Of a stretch of 64,000 bases of DNA, positions 22,346 through 34,853 are shown piece by piece. Source of the DNA: Squalus acanthias (taxonomy: Eukaryota); NCBI GenBank assembly GCA_030390025.1, contig CM059432.1:35776001-35840000 (forward strand). Reading direction: 5' to 3'. The translations under genes and the position numbers were made by a program. Within the stretch, counting starts at the first letter, position 1, and every line of letters begins with the position of its first letter. Under the pieces are notes generated by a model. That model did no database searches. It was not told the DNA's origin and saw nothing but the letters and a program-made list of their open reading frames with translations.

Positions 22346-25300
22346 CTCCTCCCCACTGCGAGCAGTCGAGGGGGAGCGGACCTAGCCGGGAACCAGAGCA
22401 GAGGCCAGTAAATAAAGAGCGTGGTCGGAGAGGGGCCTGAACACGCTGTGAGCAGCCGAGGAGGAGTGGACCTAGCCAGGAACCGGAGCAGAGGCCAGTA
22501 AATAAAGAGCACAGTCGGAGAGGGGCCTGAACTCACTGCGAAGGGCCGAGGGGGAGTGGACCTAGCCGGGAACCGGAGCAGAGAGGAAAAAAATCCAGAA
22601 GTCCAAAAAAACAAGGTGTGACGTCACAGGACAGGAGGTAGGTGATTGGTTGGTGAGTATTAACCTTTTTTTCTCTCTAACCTAGGACAGTGGTTTAAAC
22701 TAGGAGCGGGAAACTACAGAATACTGTATTAAATTTATAGCTTAACTAGTTAAACTAATTAATATAACTACAAATAATCATTGATTAAAGACTTTAACTA
22801 ATTAAATAAATAAAATAAGTCTAGACTTATTTGGGAGGAGCCAGCGGAGCTGGGTGAGACCAGAGTGGGAGCAGAGCGAGAGAGGCAGCAATTCAACAGA
22901 GGCAGAATTCGAGAGTGATGTCAGAGTAGAAAAAGTGACGTCGGCACAAGGGAAGGAGTTGATTGGTGAGTAGCTGGTGAGTGTTTTTTGTTAAGTTTTA
23001 AGTTTATTTCTGCTAAGTTAGTTCGTAGTCTGTTAAATAGAGGCATGGCAGGGCAGCTCAGTCCCGTGGAGTGCACATCCTGTGCCATGTGAGAAGTCCT
23101 GGATGACCACATCTGCGGGAAGTGTCGCCAGCTACAGCAATTTGAGCTCCGGGTTTCGGAGCTTGAGCATCGGCTGGAGTCACTGCGGTGCATCCACGAG
23201 GCTGAGAGTTACGTTTCTAGAGGTGGTCACCCCGCAGCTTAAGAGTGTGCAGGCAGAGAGGGAATGGGTGACCGCCAGACAGAAGAGGAGAACCAGGCAG
23301 CTAGTGCAGGAGTCCCTGGAGTGCATCGCGCTCTCCAACCAGAATTCTGTTCTGAGTACTGGTGAGGGCGAAGGTTCCTCTGGGGAGTGCAGCCAGAGTC
23401 AAGTCCACGGCACCACGGGTGGCTCAGCTGCACAGGGGGGGGGAGAAAAAAGAGTGGAAGAGCAATAGTGCTGGGGAGTCGGTAGTTTGGGGAGCAGACG
23501 GGTGTTTCTGCGGCTGCAGACTTGACTCCAGGATGGTATGTTGCCTCCCTGGTGTCACTGAGCGGCTGCAGGACACTCTGAGGGGGGAGGGTGAACAGCC
23601 AGAGGTCGTTGTCCATATCGGTACCAACGACATAGGCAGAAAGAGGGATGAGGTCCTGCAGGCAGAGTTTAGGAAGCTAGGAGAGAGATTAAAAAGCAGG
23701 ATCTCAAAGGTAGTAATCTCCGGATTACTCCCGGTGCCACGTGCTAGTGAGTACAGGAATAGGAGGATAGAATAGATGAATGCGTGGCTGGAGAGTTGGT
23801 GCAGGAGGGAGGGCTTTAGATTCCTGAGGCATTGGGACCGTTTCTGGGGAAGAGAGTCGGAATAAATGGGTCATTTTCAGGTTGGCAAACTGTAACTAGT
23901 GGGTTGCCATAGGGATCAGTGCTGGGGCCTCAACTATTTACAATCTATATTAATGACTTGGATGAAGGGACCGAGTGTACTGTTGCCAAATTTGCTGACG
24001 ATACAAAGATAGGTGGGAAAGCAAGTTGTGAGGAGTACACAAAGAGTCTGCAAAGGATATAGATAGGTTAAGTGAGTGGGCAAAAATTTGGCAGATGGAG
24101 TATACATAGAACATAGAACATAGAACAGTACAGCACAGTACAGGCCCTTCGGCCCTCGATGTTGTGCCGAGCATTGTCCGAGACCAAGATCAAGCTATCA
24201 CACTCCCTATCACTCTGGTGTGCTCCATGTGCTTATCCAATAACCGCTTGAAAGTTCCTAAAGTGTCCGACTCCACTATCACAGCAGGCAGTCCATTCCA
24301 CACCCCAACCACTCTCTGAGTAAAGAATCTACCTCGGACATCCCTTCTATATCTCCCCCCATGCACCTTATAGTTATGCCCCCTTGTAACAGCTGCCTCT
24401 ACCCGAGGAAATAGTCTCTGAACATCCACTCTATCTATCCCCCTCATCATCTTATAAACCTCTATTAAGTCGCCTCTCATCCTCCTCCGCTCTAAAGAGA
24501 AAAGCCCCAACTCCCTCAATCTTTCCTCATAAGACCTCCCCCCCCAAACCAGGCAGCATCCTGGTAAATCTCCTTTGCACTCTTTCCAATGCTTCCACGT
24601 CCTTCCTATAGTGAGGTGACCAGAACTGCACACAATATTCCAAATGTGGTCTCACCAAGGTCCTGTACAGTTGCAGCATAACCTCACGGTTCTTAAACTC
24701 AAACCCTCTGTTAATAAACGCCAACACACCATAGGCCTTCTTTACTGCTCTATCCACTTGAGTGGCAACCTTCAGAGATCTGTGGATATGAACCCCCAGA
24801 TCCCTCTGCTCCTCCACGTTCCTCAGAACCCTGCCGTTGACCCTGTAATCCTTATTCACATTTGCCCTACCAAAATGAATCACCTCGCACTTATCAGGGT
24901 TAAATTCCATCTGCCATTTTTCGGCCCAGCTCTGCATCCTATCAATGTCTCTTTGCAGCCTACAACTGCCCTCCACCTCATCCACTACTCCACCAATCTT
25001 GGTGTCATCAGCAAATTTACTGATCCACCCTTCAGTCCCCTCCTCCAAGTCATTGATAAAAATCACAAACAGCAGAGGACCCAGCACCGACCCCTGTGGC
25101 ACACCGCTGGTAACTGGTCTCCAGTCCGAAAATGTTCCATCCACCACCACCCTCTGCCTTCTATGAGATAGCCAGTTACTTATCCAATCGGCCAAATTTC
25201 CCTCTATCCCACAACTCCTTACTTTCTTCATGAGACGACCATGGGGAACCTTATCAAACGCCTTACTAAAATCCATGTATACGACATGAACTGCTCTACC

Positions 25301-26895
25301 TTCATCTACACACTTAGTTACCTCCTCAAAGAATTCAACCAAATATCGATTGGGATAATGTGGGAAAATGTGAGGTTATCCACTTTGGTAGGAAGGATAA
25401 AAAAGCAAAATATTATTTAAATGGAGAGAAACTACAGAATGCTGTAGAGGGATCTGAATGTCCTCGTACATGAAACACAAAAAGTTAGCATGCAGGTACA
25501 GCAAGTAATTAGGAAGGCAAATGGAATATTGGCCTTTATTGCAAGGGGGATGGAGTATAAAAGTAGGGAAGTCTTGCTACAACTGTACAGAGCGTTGGTG
25601 AGACCACACCTGGAGTACTGTGTACAGTTTTGGTCTCCTTATTTAAGGAAGGATATACTTGCATTGGAGGCAGTTCAGAGAAGGTTCACTAGGTTGATTT
25701 CTGAGTTGAAGGGGTTGTCTTATGAGGAAAGGTTGAGCAGGTTGGGCCTATACTCATTGGAGTTTAGAAGAATGAGAGGTGATCTTATTGAAACATATAA
25801 AATTCTGAGGGGGCTTGACAGGGTAGATACAGGGAGGATGTTTCCCCTCGTGGGGGAATCTAGAACTAGTGAGCATAGTTTCAGAATAAGGGGCCGCCCA
25901 TTTAAAACGGAGATGAGGAGGAATTTCTTCTCTGAGGGTCGTGAATCTTTGGAATTCTCTACCCCAGAGAGCTGTGGAGGCTGAGTCGTTGAATATATTC
26001 AAGGCGGATATAGCCAGATTTTTGAAAAACAGGGGAATCAAGGGTTATGGGGAGCGGGCAGGAAAGTGGAGTTGAGGCCAAGATCAGGTCAGCCATGATC
26101 TTATTGAATGGTGGAGCAGGCTTGAGGGGCCGAATGGCCTATTCCTGCTCCTATTTCTTAAGGTGGGACCTGTACAAGCCGGATGGGTTACATCTCAACA
26201 GAGCCGGGACCAATATCCTTGCGGGGAGGTTTGTTAGTGCTGTTGGGGAGGGTTTAAACTAGCTTGGCAGGGGGGTGGGCACCAGCATATAGGAGTAGAA
26301 AAGGAATAAGGTGCATAAAAGGGTGATTGTGTTGGATAGTACTAGAGAAGATAGTACAAGAGGCGGTAGTAGTACCATATTAGATAAGAGCAGACTAAGA
26401 AAGACTACAAAAAATTCAAAAATGGGTTTAGAATGCATGTACATAAACGCACAAAGTGTGGTGAATAAGGTTGGTGAGCTACAAGCACAATAAGCTGTGT
26501 GGCAATATGATGCTGTGGCAATAACGGAAATGTGGCTTAAAACCGTTGAGGACTGGGCACTTAATATTCAAGGGTACAAGGTGTTCAGAAAAGATAGGGA
26601 AGGAAAAAAGGGAGGTGGGGTGGCAGTGTTGATTAAGGGAGACATTGTAGTGTTGGAAAAGGAGGATGTTCTTGGGGGGACAAGGACATAATCCATTTAG
26701 TTAGAGTTGAGGAGCAAAAAGGGTATGATCACGCTATTGGGGGTATTCTATAGGCCTCCAAATAGTGAGAGGGAGGTAGAGGAGCAAATCTGCAGGGAAA
26801 TCGCAGAGATATGCAAGAGCTATAAAGTGGTGATATTGGGGGACTTTAATTACCCAAATATCGATTGGGATAATGCTAGGGTAAAGGGAAAGGAG
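22346..26895 (+). mobile_element. CR1 LINE 5' half: 90-bp monomers, 5'UTR, decayed ORF1 from ATG 23046, start of APE; interrupted at 23853..26158
   Basis: Monomers at 22381, 22471 and 22561. ORF1 esterase motifs (VHIGTND, DGLHLN). ttctggggaag | aaggtgggacc rejoins across the insert. ORF1 ends VGEGLN* at 26262. Confidence 0.9.
23853..26158 (+). mobile_element. CR1 RT/3' fragment carrying an inverted younger CR1 fragment (~24104..25345, -)
   Basis: ORF 25490..25984 (+) and ORFs 24527..25342 and 24190..24633 (-). (catagaa)n tail near 24105..24127. Confidence 0.9.
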
Positions 26896-27316
26896 AGGTG
26901 CCGGGCTCATGGAGCGCAGCCGGCACTCCGCGGGGGGGGGCGGTCAGGAGGCCAGGGACGGGAGCGGAGGCAGGTGCTGACAGGTGGCCAGCAACAAAAA
27001 TGGCCGCCTTGCACCTTGCCTTTAAATAGCGCCGCCCCGGCTGCAGGTAGGCCCCCCTGACCCTGTCGGACATAGCGTCCGGCGGTAAGTCAGGGGGGCT
27101 ACCGAAGATCGCGGCCGGCGCACTGCACACGGTGATGACGACATCGCCGGCGGCGCAGCGCCACAGGACGCTAACGGTTAGCGCCGTCGCTCACCTCCCG
27201 CTGAATTTCGTGGGAGGCGTTGGTGGCACCGTGCCCGGGCGCTAGTTGCTTTGCGCCCCGTTAACGCCCTCTTAGAGCGCTAACAGGAGGCGCAAATCTA
27301 CCGAATTTTTCCCCCT
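26890..27316. mobile_element. Partial GC-rich MITE of the 32920..33613 family
   Basis: Homologous to 6890..7257 and ends in the TIR gaattttttcccc. Confidence 0.8.
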
Positions 27317-28744
27317 ATGACTCTATGAAGTAAATGGGAATCGGGGAAAACTCTCCACTGGCTGGAGTCATACCTAGCACAAAGGAAGATGGTTGTGGTG
27401 GTTGGAGGCCAATCATCTCAGTCCCAGGACATCGCTGCAGGAGTTCCTCAGGGCAGTGTCCTAGGCCCAACCATCTTCAGCTGCTTCATCAATGGCCTTC
27501 CCTCCATCATAAGGTCAGAAGTGGGGATGTTCGCTGATGATTGCACAGTGATTCGCAACTGCTCAGATAATGAAGCAGTCCGTGCCCGCATGCAGCAATA
27601 ACTGGACGACATCCAGGCTTGGGCTGTTAAGTGGCAACTAACACTCGCGCATACAAGTGCCAGGTAATGACTATCTCCAACAAGAGAGAGTCCAACCACC
27701 TCGCCTTGACATTCAATGGCATTACCATCGCCGAATCCCCCACCATCAAAATCCTGGGGGGTCACCATTGATCAGAAACTTAGCTGGACCAGCCACATCA
27801 ACACCGTGTCTACAAGAGTAGGTCAGAGGGTGTGTATTTTGCAGCGAGTGTCTCCCCTCCTGACTCCACAAAGCCTTTCCACCATCTACAAGGCAGAAGT
27901 CAGGAGTGTGATGAAATACTCTGCACTTGCCTGGATGAGTACAGCTCCAACAACACTTAAGAAGCTCGACACCATCCAGGACAAAGCAGCCCGCTTGATT
28001 GGCACCCCATCCACCACCTTAAACATTCACTCCCTGCTGCTTCGGCACACCGTGGCTGCAGTGTGTACCATCTACAAGATGCATTGCAGCAACTCGCCAA
28101 AGCCTCTTCGGCAGCACCTCGCAAACCCACAACCTCTAGCAAATGGAAGGATAAGGGCAGCAGGCACATGGGACACCTCCAAGTTCCCCTCCAAGTCACA
28201 CACCATCCTGACTTGGAAATATATCGCCGTTCCTTCATCGTCACTGGGTCAAAGTCCTGGAACTACCTCCCTAACAGCACTGTGGGAGTACCTTCACCAC
28301 AAGGACTGCAGCGGTTTAAGAAGGCGGCTCACCACCACCTTCTCAAGGGCAATTAGGGATGGGCATTAAATGCTGGCCTTGCCAGCAACACCCACATCCC
28401 AGGAATGAATAAAAACATTTTTTTTAAATCCACCACCTTCAACATTCACTCCCTCCACCACCGGCACACCGTGGCTGCAGTGTTTACCATCTAAAAGATG
28501 TGCTGCAGCAATTCGCCAAGGCTTCTTCGGCAGCACCTCCCAAATCCGCGACCTCTACCACCTAGAAGGACAAGGGCAGCAGACACATGGGAACACCACC
28601 TTCTGCAAGTTCCCCTCCAAGTCACACACCATCCTGTCCTATGTTCCCTGGAATTTTTTTTGGTCCAGCACGGCCCCTTTATTTGTGTCGGCATTCCATC
28701 TGAACAACAATGCTGCCAGGAAAGAACTGAACATATCCTTCTGC

Positions 28745-29570
28745 GGAAGGCAACTTACCCATGAACCCCAGCCACAATACCTGGGCATCACCCTGGGCAG
28801 GACTCTCACCTCTCGGCTTCATCTCACAAACACCGGCTAAAAAGTAAAAAGCTGGGGGAACCTGGTCCGGAAACTCCCTGGATCATCATGGGGGAGCACA
28901 GCCAGAACACTTCACACCGCAACAGTGGCTCTAGTCTACTCTGGTGCCGAATACTGCTCTGCCTCATGGTCCTGCAGCCAAAGATCGTGAACGTGCAGCT
29001 AAACGCCGCCATGAGAACGGTGTCAGGGACGCTTACGTCCACTCCAACTGAGTGGCTCTCCGGTGCTGCCCCACATTGCTCCGCTTGTCATTTGCCACAA
29101 CACTACCGTGCTCCATGAGTTGGAAAAAATCATGACCTTCCCATTAACGAAAGCTCTAAAAACCCACCATGAAAGCACTTAAAAACACACCGGCCATTCT
29201 GGGAAACAGCAGCCAATATTCATGCAGCTGATGTCAACCCACTATCCAAATGGACAGAATCGTGGGACACTTGCAACATAAAGAACCAGCACTTCATTAC
29301 TGACCCAACAGCAGAAATCCCTGGTTTCGGCCGCCCTCAAAAATGGTGAACAGCGCTCAACCAAATCTACACAGGGCATGGACGATGCAGCCACCTGCTC
29401 CACAAGTGGAAGATGAGAGACGACCCGAAGTGCGACTGCGGCCATGAGTCCATGGTACACATCACATCAACCTGCCCACTAAGATCTGTTGCGGGATGCA
29501 CCTCATTTCTCCACTTGGCATCTCGGGAGGCGATCGATTGGATAGCCAAACTAGACATCCCATTATAAGC
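28745..29570 (+). mobile_element. 3' fragment of a non-CR1 LINE (Ingi/Vingi- or RTEX-like)
   Basis: Frameshifted peptides QYLGITL, ALVYSGAEYC, QLNAAMRTVSGTLTSTPTEWL and TGHGRC...KW...PKCDCG...HITSTCP (C-terminal Cys/His motif). Clade assignment is from memory. Confidence 0.65.
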
Positions 29571-29689
29571 TTTTCACGTCCTACAAAAGTAGTAACTAGT
29601 ATTGAACTTCTTGCAGCACTGCACCCAGGTCCTCGGGACTTGACTCCTGGCATTGAATGCCACGGATATCTGCTCCCACTGCCTTCTGA

Positions 29690-31760
29690 GCATGTGGCTA
29701 GCGGGCCACCTGGCACCCTACGGATACAGCACATCTCGCCTCCTTTCCAACTCCTCCACCAAGGCCTCCAGTGCAGCGTCGGAAAACCTTGGAGCACGCT
29801 CTCTCCCATGTTGTGCCATTATTGTGTTTCCCAGGTTAGAATCAGTTGTAAAACAACTTCCAGCACCTGCTTCAGCCACAATGCACCTCCGCTTTAAGAG
29901 GTGCAGGCTAGCTTTAAGTAGTGCTAGCCTCTGATGATTTTTGGCCCACTGTTGATGCATGCAGTCAATCAACAGCGTGGTTAGCGCTTTCTGCACAGTG
30001 CAATCAGATTAATCAGCAGGCAGCACGAAGTTGGCGTGCTGCCTGCATTACATTAAACAGGCGCGGGTTAATCGCGCATCGCAATCCCCGCGCCGGTGTT
30101 TAGGGGCTATTGAATTTAGGCCCCCCTCAGCTTTGGCCTTACACCGTGTCACTGATGTGCACCAAGCTGCTCTCCAGCAGAGTGGTAGAAGGGAAGTGCA
30201 GCTGGCCCATGAGAGGGATGATGGCGAAAGAGGACATGGAAGTGGGAACACCACTCAAAGCACTCTCACTTCTCACCCGTTGCACACCCCCATCCCCCTC
30301 AGTCAGTATCCAACTTGCTGCCTTCTCTCCTGATGGCTGAGTCTGCCCCTGCACAGGTGCAAGTGGAACAATCTTTGGCAGAGCCCTCACGGGCTTCAAC
30401 ACCCAGAGGTTGTCAGCCAAGAGCATCTCAACAGTCAGAGCAGGAATCCGAGTAGCCTGCCTCTACCTCTGCTCAAGCCACAGGGTTTGCACCACATAGG
30501 AGCGGTAGGAAAAGGAAGAGTAAAACTTTGTAGTTGCACAAGTGTATGAACATGGGTGTATGAGAAAATGTTAAATTTCCGTTGTTTAGTAGAATCACAT
30601 AAAATTTATTCCTTTGCACCACTTTCCGGTGTTGCTCATTCTTGGTTGCTGGGTGGCAACTCGCCTTTTCAGAAGCTTGTTGATGAACGGGAAGACATGA
30701 ATTGACGGAGACCAATGGGGGGATGCGCAATGGGTCGTTGGTTGGTTATAGGACTGCTTTGTGTCAGTGGGATTGGGGGCGGGTGGGAGGAGAGTGGCTG
30801 CTGGATGTGATTTTTGCATTGGTCTAGCGATAAGGGAATCCCGGGCAGCAATGTGAGCGGCTGGTGCTGCGTTGAGATTGCCGTCTTCCTCTTCCTCTTC
30901 CTTGGATACATCCACAGACGATGTGTGTTCAGTGCCTTGTTCCTTCTTCAGCTCTAATCCTCGCTGCTGCGCAATGTTGTGGAGAGCACAGCACACTACT
31001 ATCATTTTGGAGACCCTGGCTGGCGAGTACTAAAGGGTGCCTCCAAATCTGTCCAGGCACCCAAAGCGCATCTTGAGCATGCCAGTCGCTTGCTCAATAA
31101 CACATCTGGTTGTCATATGGCTTTCACTGTACCGCTCTTGGGCTTCATTGGTTGGGTTTCTCATGGGTGTCATTAGCCAAGTTTGAAGGGGGTATCCTTA
31201 GTCTCCTACAGCCACCCCTTAAGTCTGCTTGCAGATCCAAAGAGGTTGGGAAGCTTGGACTGTCACAGGATGAAAGCATCATGGCAGCTCCCAGGGAATC
31301 TGGCGCACATATGCATAAACCGTTTTTTGTGGTTGCACACCAGCTGAACATTGATGGAATGGATCCCCTTGTGGTTTACGAATACTCCTGGTTGGTCTGG
31401 GGATGTGCGGATTTCCACATGTTTACAGTTGATGACGCCCTGCACCTGTGGAAAGGAAGATCCGGAAGCAAAAAAGTTGAGGGCAGTGGTGACTTGCACA
31501 GTCACCAGATCCAGCAGGGAACAGGTCTTCTTCTAGGAGGCTACAGATGTCTGGCACCACCCGACGTAACAACCTCAGCCTCCAGAAGCACTGCTCTTCC
31601 GAGTGGTCAAGGAAGCCGAGCCTCTGCCTGCATAGCCTGTTACATGGGTAGTGCTTCTTGCGAGCTCGACCCCTCTGCTGCTCCCCTCTTTGCTGGTCTC
31701 TCCACAGCAGGATGCTGCTGCTGGTGCTCCCCTCTCTGCTGGCCACCTGCAGGGAATTAG
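29690..31760 (-). mobile_element. Decayed PIF/Harbinger transposase and Myb/SANT-like remnants
   Basis: TTALNFFASGS, FPQVQGVINCKH, NHKGIHSINVQLVC, FPGSCHDAFIL and CCALHNIA are HARBI1-type DDE motifs. RAPRFSDAALEALVEE at ~29720..29820 is Myb/SANT-like. Possibly more than one element. Confidence 0.85.
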
Positions 31761-32208
31761 ATGTGTCTCACTTGAATATGGTATTCTGTCTCACTAGGTT
31801 GTTTTTCCTATCCACCTTCAGTAAAAAGAGAACATGTATGGTGGCAAGTGCAAGATCATGGTACCCAGTACAGTCCATGCAATAAGTGGTCTGCGCACTG
31901 GATCATAGGGTCAGAAGACCTGCTCGCAGGAGCGACCACTGGTACTGAACCTGAGAAATTATCCAATCCAGACCCATGAAATTTCCAATATGGGTCACTG
32001 ACTTGCATGAATATGGTAGTGTTGTGGTTATGTTACTGGACTAATAATCCAGACCACCATGGCAATTTGAGAATTTGAATTTAGTTTTTTTTTTAAATGT
32101 AAAAAACCTTTAGGGCAGGAAATTAAGTTGTAACATTAATAATTTACTGCAGTGTTTGTGTACGCTGATTATCTTCAAACTAACCATTTGTCCAATTTGT
32201 TTTTAAAG

Positions 32209-32264
32209 ATCACAAACCTCAGGCAACTCCACGAGTCCTTTGCACAGTTCAAGATCATTTTGCA
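32209..32264 (+). CDS. KIF9: KIF9 coding exon F
   Basis: ttgtttttaaag / gtaagt. ITNLRQLHESFAQFKIIL(Q). 56 nt, ends in phase 2. Confidence 0.88.
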
Positions 32265-32919
32265 GTAAGTACTGATGTATGCTCTTTTTAGAATCATAGA
32301 ATAGTACAGCACAGAAGGAGGCCATTTGGCCCATCGAGTCTGCACTAGCTCTTTCGAAGAGCAGTCCAGTTAATTGACTCCCCTGCTCTTTCCCTATATC
32401 CCTGTAATTTTTTCTCCTTCAAGTAATTATCCAATTCCCTTTTGAAGGCTACTATTGAAACTGTATCCACCACCCTATCAGGCAGTGCATTTCAAATCCT
32501 AACCACACATTGCGTAAAAAGTTTTTACCCATGTCTGGTTCTTTTGCCAATCACCTTAAATCTGTGGCTTCTCGTTATTGACCCTTCAGTCGTTGGAAAC
32601 AGTTTCTCCTTATTTACTGTATCTAAATCCTTCATGATTTTAAACACCTCTATCAAATCTCCTCTTAGTCTTCTCAACTCGAAGGAGAACAACCCCAGCT
32701 TCTCTAGTCTATCCACGTAACGGTATTCCCTCATCCCTGGAACCATTCTAGTAAATCTCTTCTGTACCCTCTCCAAAGCCTTCACGTCTTTCCTAAAGTG
32801 TGGTGCCTAGAATTGGATACAATACTCCAGCTGGGGCCAAACTAGTGTTGTATATAGGTTTAGCACAACTTCCTGGCTCTTGTATTCTATGCCTCTATTT
32901 ATAAAGCCCAGGATCCCAT

Positions 32920-33613
32920 GGGGGAAAAATTCAGTTGCTTTGCGCCTCCCGTTAACGCCCCAAGGGGCGCCTAGCACCCGGGCGCGGTGCCACTAACGCC
33001 TCCCGCGAAATTCAGCGGGAGGTTAGCAGCGGCGGTAGCCGGTAGTGCCCCGTGGCGCTGCGCCTCCAGCTAGGACATCATCACCGTGCGCAGTGCCCCG
33101 GCTGCTAACTTGGCTCATGCCCCCTGACATACCGCTGGACGCTATGTTTGACAGGGTCAGGGTGCCGTGTTTGCAGCCGGGGCAGCGCAGATTAAAGGGC
33201 AGGTGCTGGGCGGCCAATTCTTTTTGGGGCCGCCTGCCAGCACCTGCCCCCTCTCGCCGCCTCCTGCGGGGTGCCGGCCGCGATCGGTCAGCCCGGCACT
33301 CCTCTTCAGTGCCGGGCTCTTTTGCTGGCACCCCGCTCCCCGGTGGTCCAGCAGGGGCCCGGTGCGTGCTGCGCTAGGCACCTCCCCTTTAATCAGGGGA
33401 GGGGGGCCTGTAATACCACAGCGTTACGTGGCGCCGCGATATTCAATGGGAGCGCCCCAAGAGAGAGGGGGAGCGCTTCCAGAAGCGCCCCGTTCCTGCT
33501 TGGGGCGCTACCATTCAATTTCGGGCGCGGGGGCGCTAACTTTTTCAGGACACTAAAAGTAGCGCCCCAGCGAAGTTAGCACCCCAAAGGGGGCGCGACC
33601 CAATTTTTCCCCC
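32920..33613. mobile_element. GC-rich MITE, Harbinger-type
   Basis: TIRs gggggaaaaattcagttgc / gcgacccaatttttccccc. 3-bp TSD cat/cat restores the host CR1 sequence ggatcccatatgc. Confidence 0.9.
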
Positions 33614-34107
33614 CATATGCTTTATTAGCTGCTTTGTTAACCTGTCCAGCCACCTTCAAAGATTTGTGCACAAGCACCCCAAGGTGTCTCTGTTCTTGCA
33701 CACCCTTTAATATTGTACCATTTAGTGTGTGTGCTCTCTCCTCATTCTTCCTACCAAAATGTATCAACTCACACTTCTCTCTGTTGAATTTCATATGCCA
33801 TGTGTCCACCCATTCCACCAGCCTGTCTGTCTTTTTTGAAGTCTATTACTATCTTCCTCACTGTTTACTACACTTCCAAGTTTTCTGTCATCTGCACATT
33901 TTGAAATTGTGCCCTGTACCCCCAAGTCCAAGTCATTATATCAGTGCTCCTAGTACTGAACCTTGGGGAACGCCACTGTATACTCCCTCCAGTCTGAAAA
34001 ACAGCCATTCACCACAACTCTGTTTTCTATCCCTTAGCCAATTTTGTATCCATGCTGCTACTGCCCCTTTTATCCCATGGGCTTCAATTTTGCTAACAAG
34101 CCTAGTA

Positions 34108-34512
34108 TCTTCACGGATGCTGCCTGGCCTGCTGAGTTTTTCCAGCGTTTTCTGTTGTTATTTCGGGTTTCCAGCATCCGCAGTATTTTGCTATTGTATT
34201 AGTGTTTGGTTCACTGCCACCTCTCTTCTAGGAATGCCCACCTTGAAGAAGTTCTGCTCTTCTCTTCGACGGAATTTATCCTATTACTGACCTTCCCTTT
34301 TGTTCTTTCATCCCCTCCCCCTTTTTCCAGCCCCTAAACTTGCTTTAAAATCTATTCCATTTCCTGCTTTTTTCCAGTTCTGACGAAAGGTCTTCGACCT
34401 GAAACGTTAACTCTGTTTCTCTCTCCATGGATGCTGCCTGGCCTGCTGAGTTATTCCAGCATTTTCTGTTGTTATTTTGGATTTCCAGCATCTGCAGTAT
34501 TTTGCTATTGTA
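34108..34512 (+). mobile_element. Penelope-like fragment (family B) with a directly repeated tail
   Basis: Tail 34115..34200 is repeated at 34428..34512. Flanked by ctagtat/ctagtat. Confidence 0.8.
34376..34412 (+). ncRNA. Minimal type I hammerhead ribozyme (PLE family B), intact, sense to KIF9
   Basis: AGUU-CUGACGA-A-AGGUCuucGACCU-GAAA-CGUU-AACU. Confidence 0.8.
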
Positions 34513-34853
34513 CTAGTATGTGGTACGTTATCAAACGCCTTTTGAAGTCCATATACGCAACATCAACTGCACTGCCCTCATCCACCCTCTCTGTTACCTC
34601 ATCAAAAAACTCAATCAAGTTAGTCAAACACAATTTGCCCTTAACAAATCCATGCTGGCTCTCCTTTATTAGTCCATGCTTGTCCAAGTGGCTGTTAATT
34701 TTCTCTCAGATTATTGTTTCTAAAAGCTTCCCCACCACTGACATTAAACTGACTGGCCTTTAATTGCCAGGTTTATCCTTCTCTCCTTTTTTGAACAAGG
34801 GTATAACATTTGCAATCCTCCAGTCCTTTAGCACCACCCCCATATCTAAGGAG

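Larger units (their letters stand above)
22126..28415 (+). mobile_element. CR1/L2-group LINE (22126..22345 plus 27326..28415) split by ~5 kb of nested elements
   Basis: ...gagccctagtaaaattg | gaagtaaatgggaatcgggg... rejoins to sequence seen intact at ~58975..59020 (-). RT motifs [13 protein letters not shown] and MFADD. Other copies at ~7915-8395 (-), 28430-28635 (+), 47820-50130 (-) and 57937-59165 (-). Confidence 0.85.

Noticed and set aside
22692..22704. GGTTTAAACTAG as another frameshift site
   Set aside because: It lies in a 5'UTR with no ORF1 upstream or ORF2 downstream, so it is not counted as support.
30900..31560. Host HARBI1 gene (also 43960..45445)
   Set aside because: Multiple frameshifts and stops, a LINE insertion in one copy, and two divergent copies indicate dead transposons.
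32200..32210. AAG acceptors of exons F and G as non-canonical splicing
   Set aside because: AAG is a less common but normal U2 acceptor, and the phases and peptides fit KIF9.
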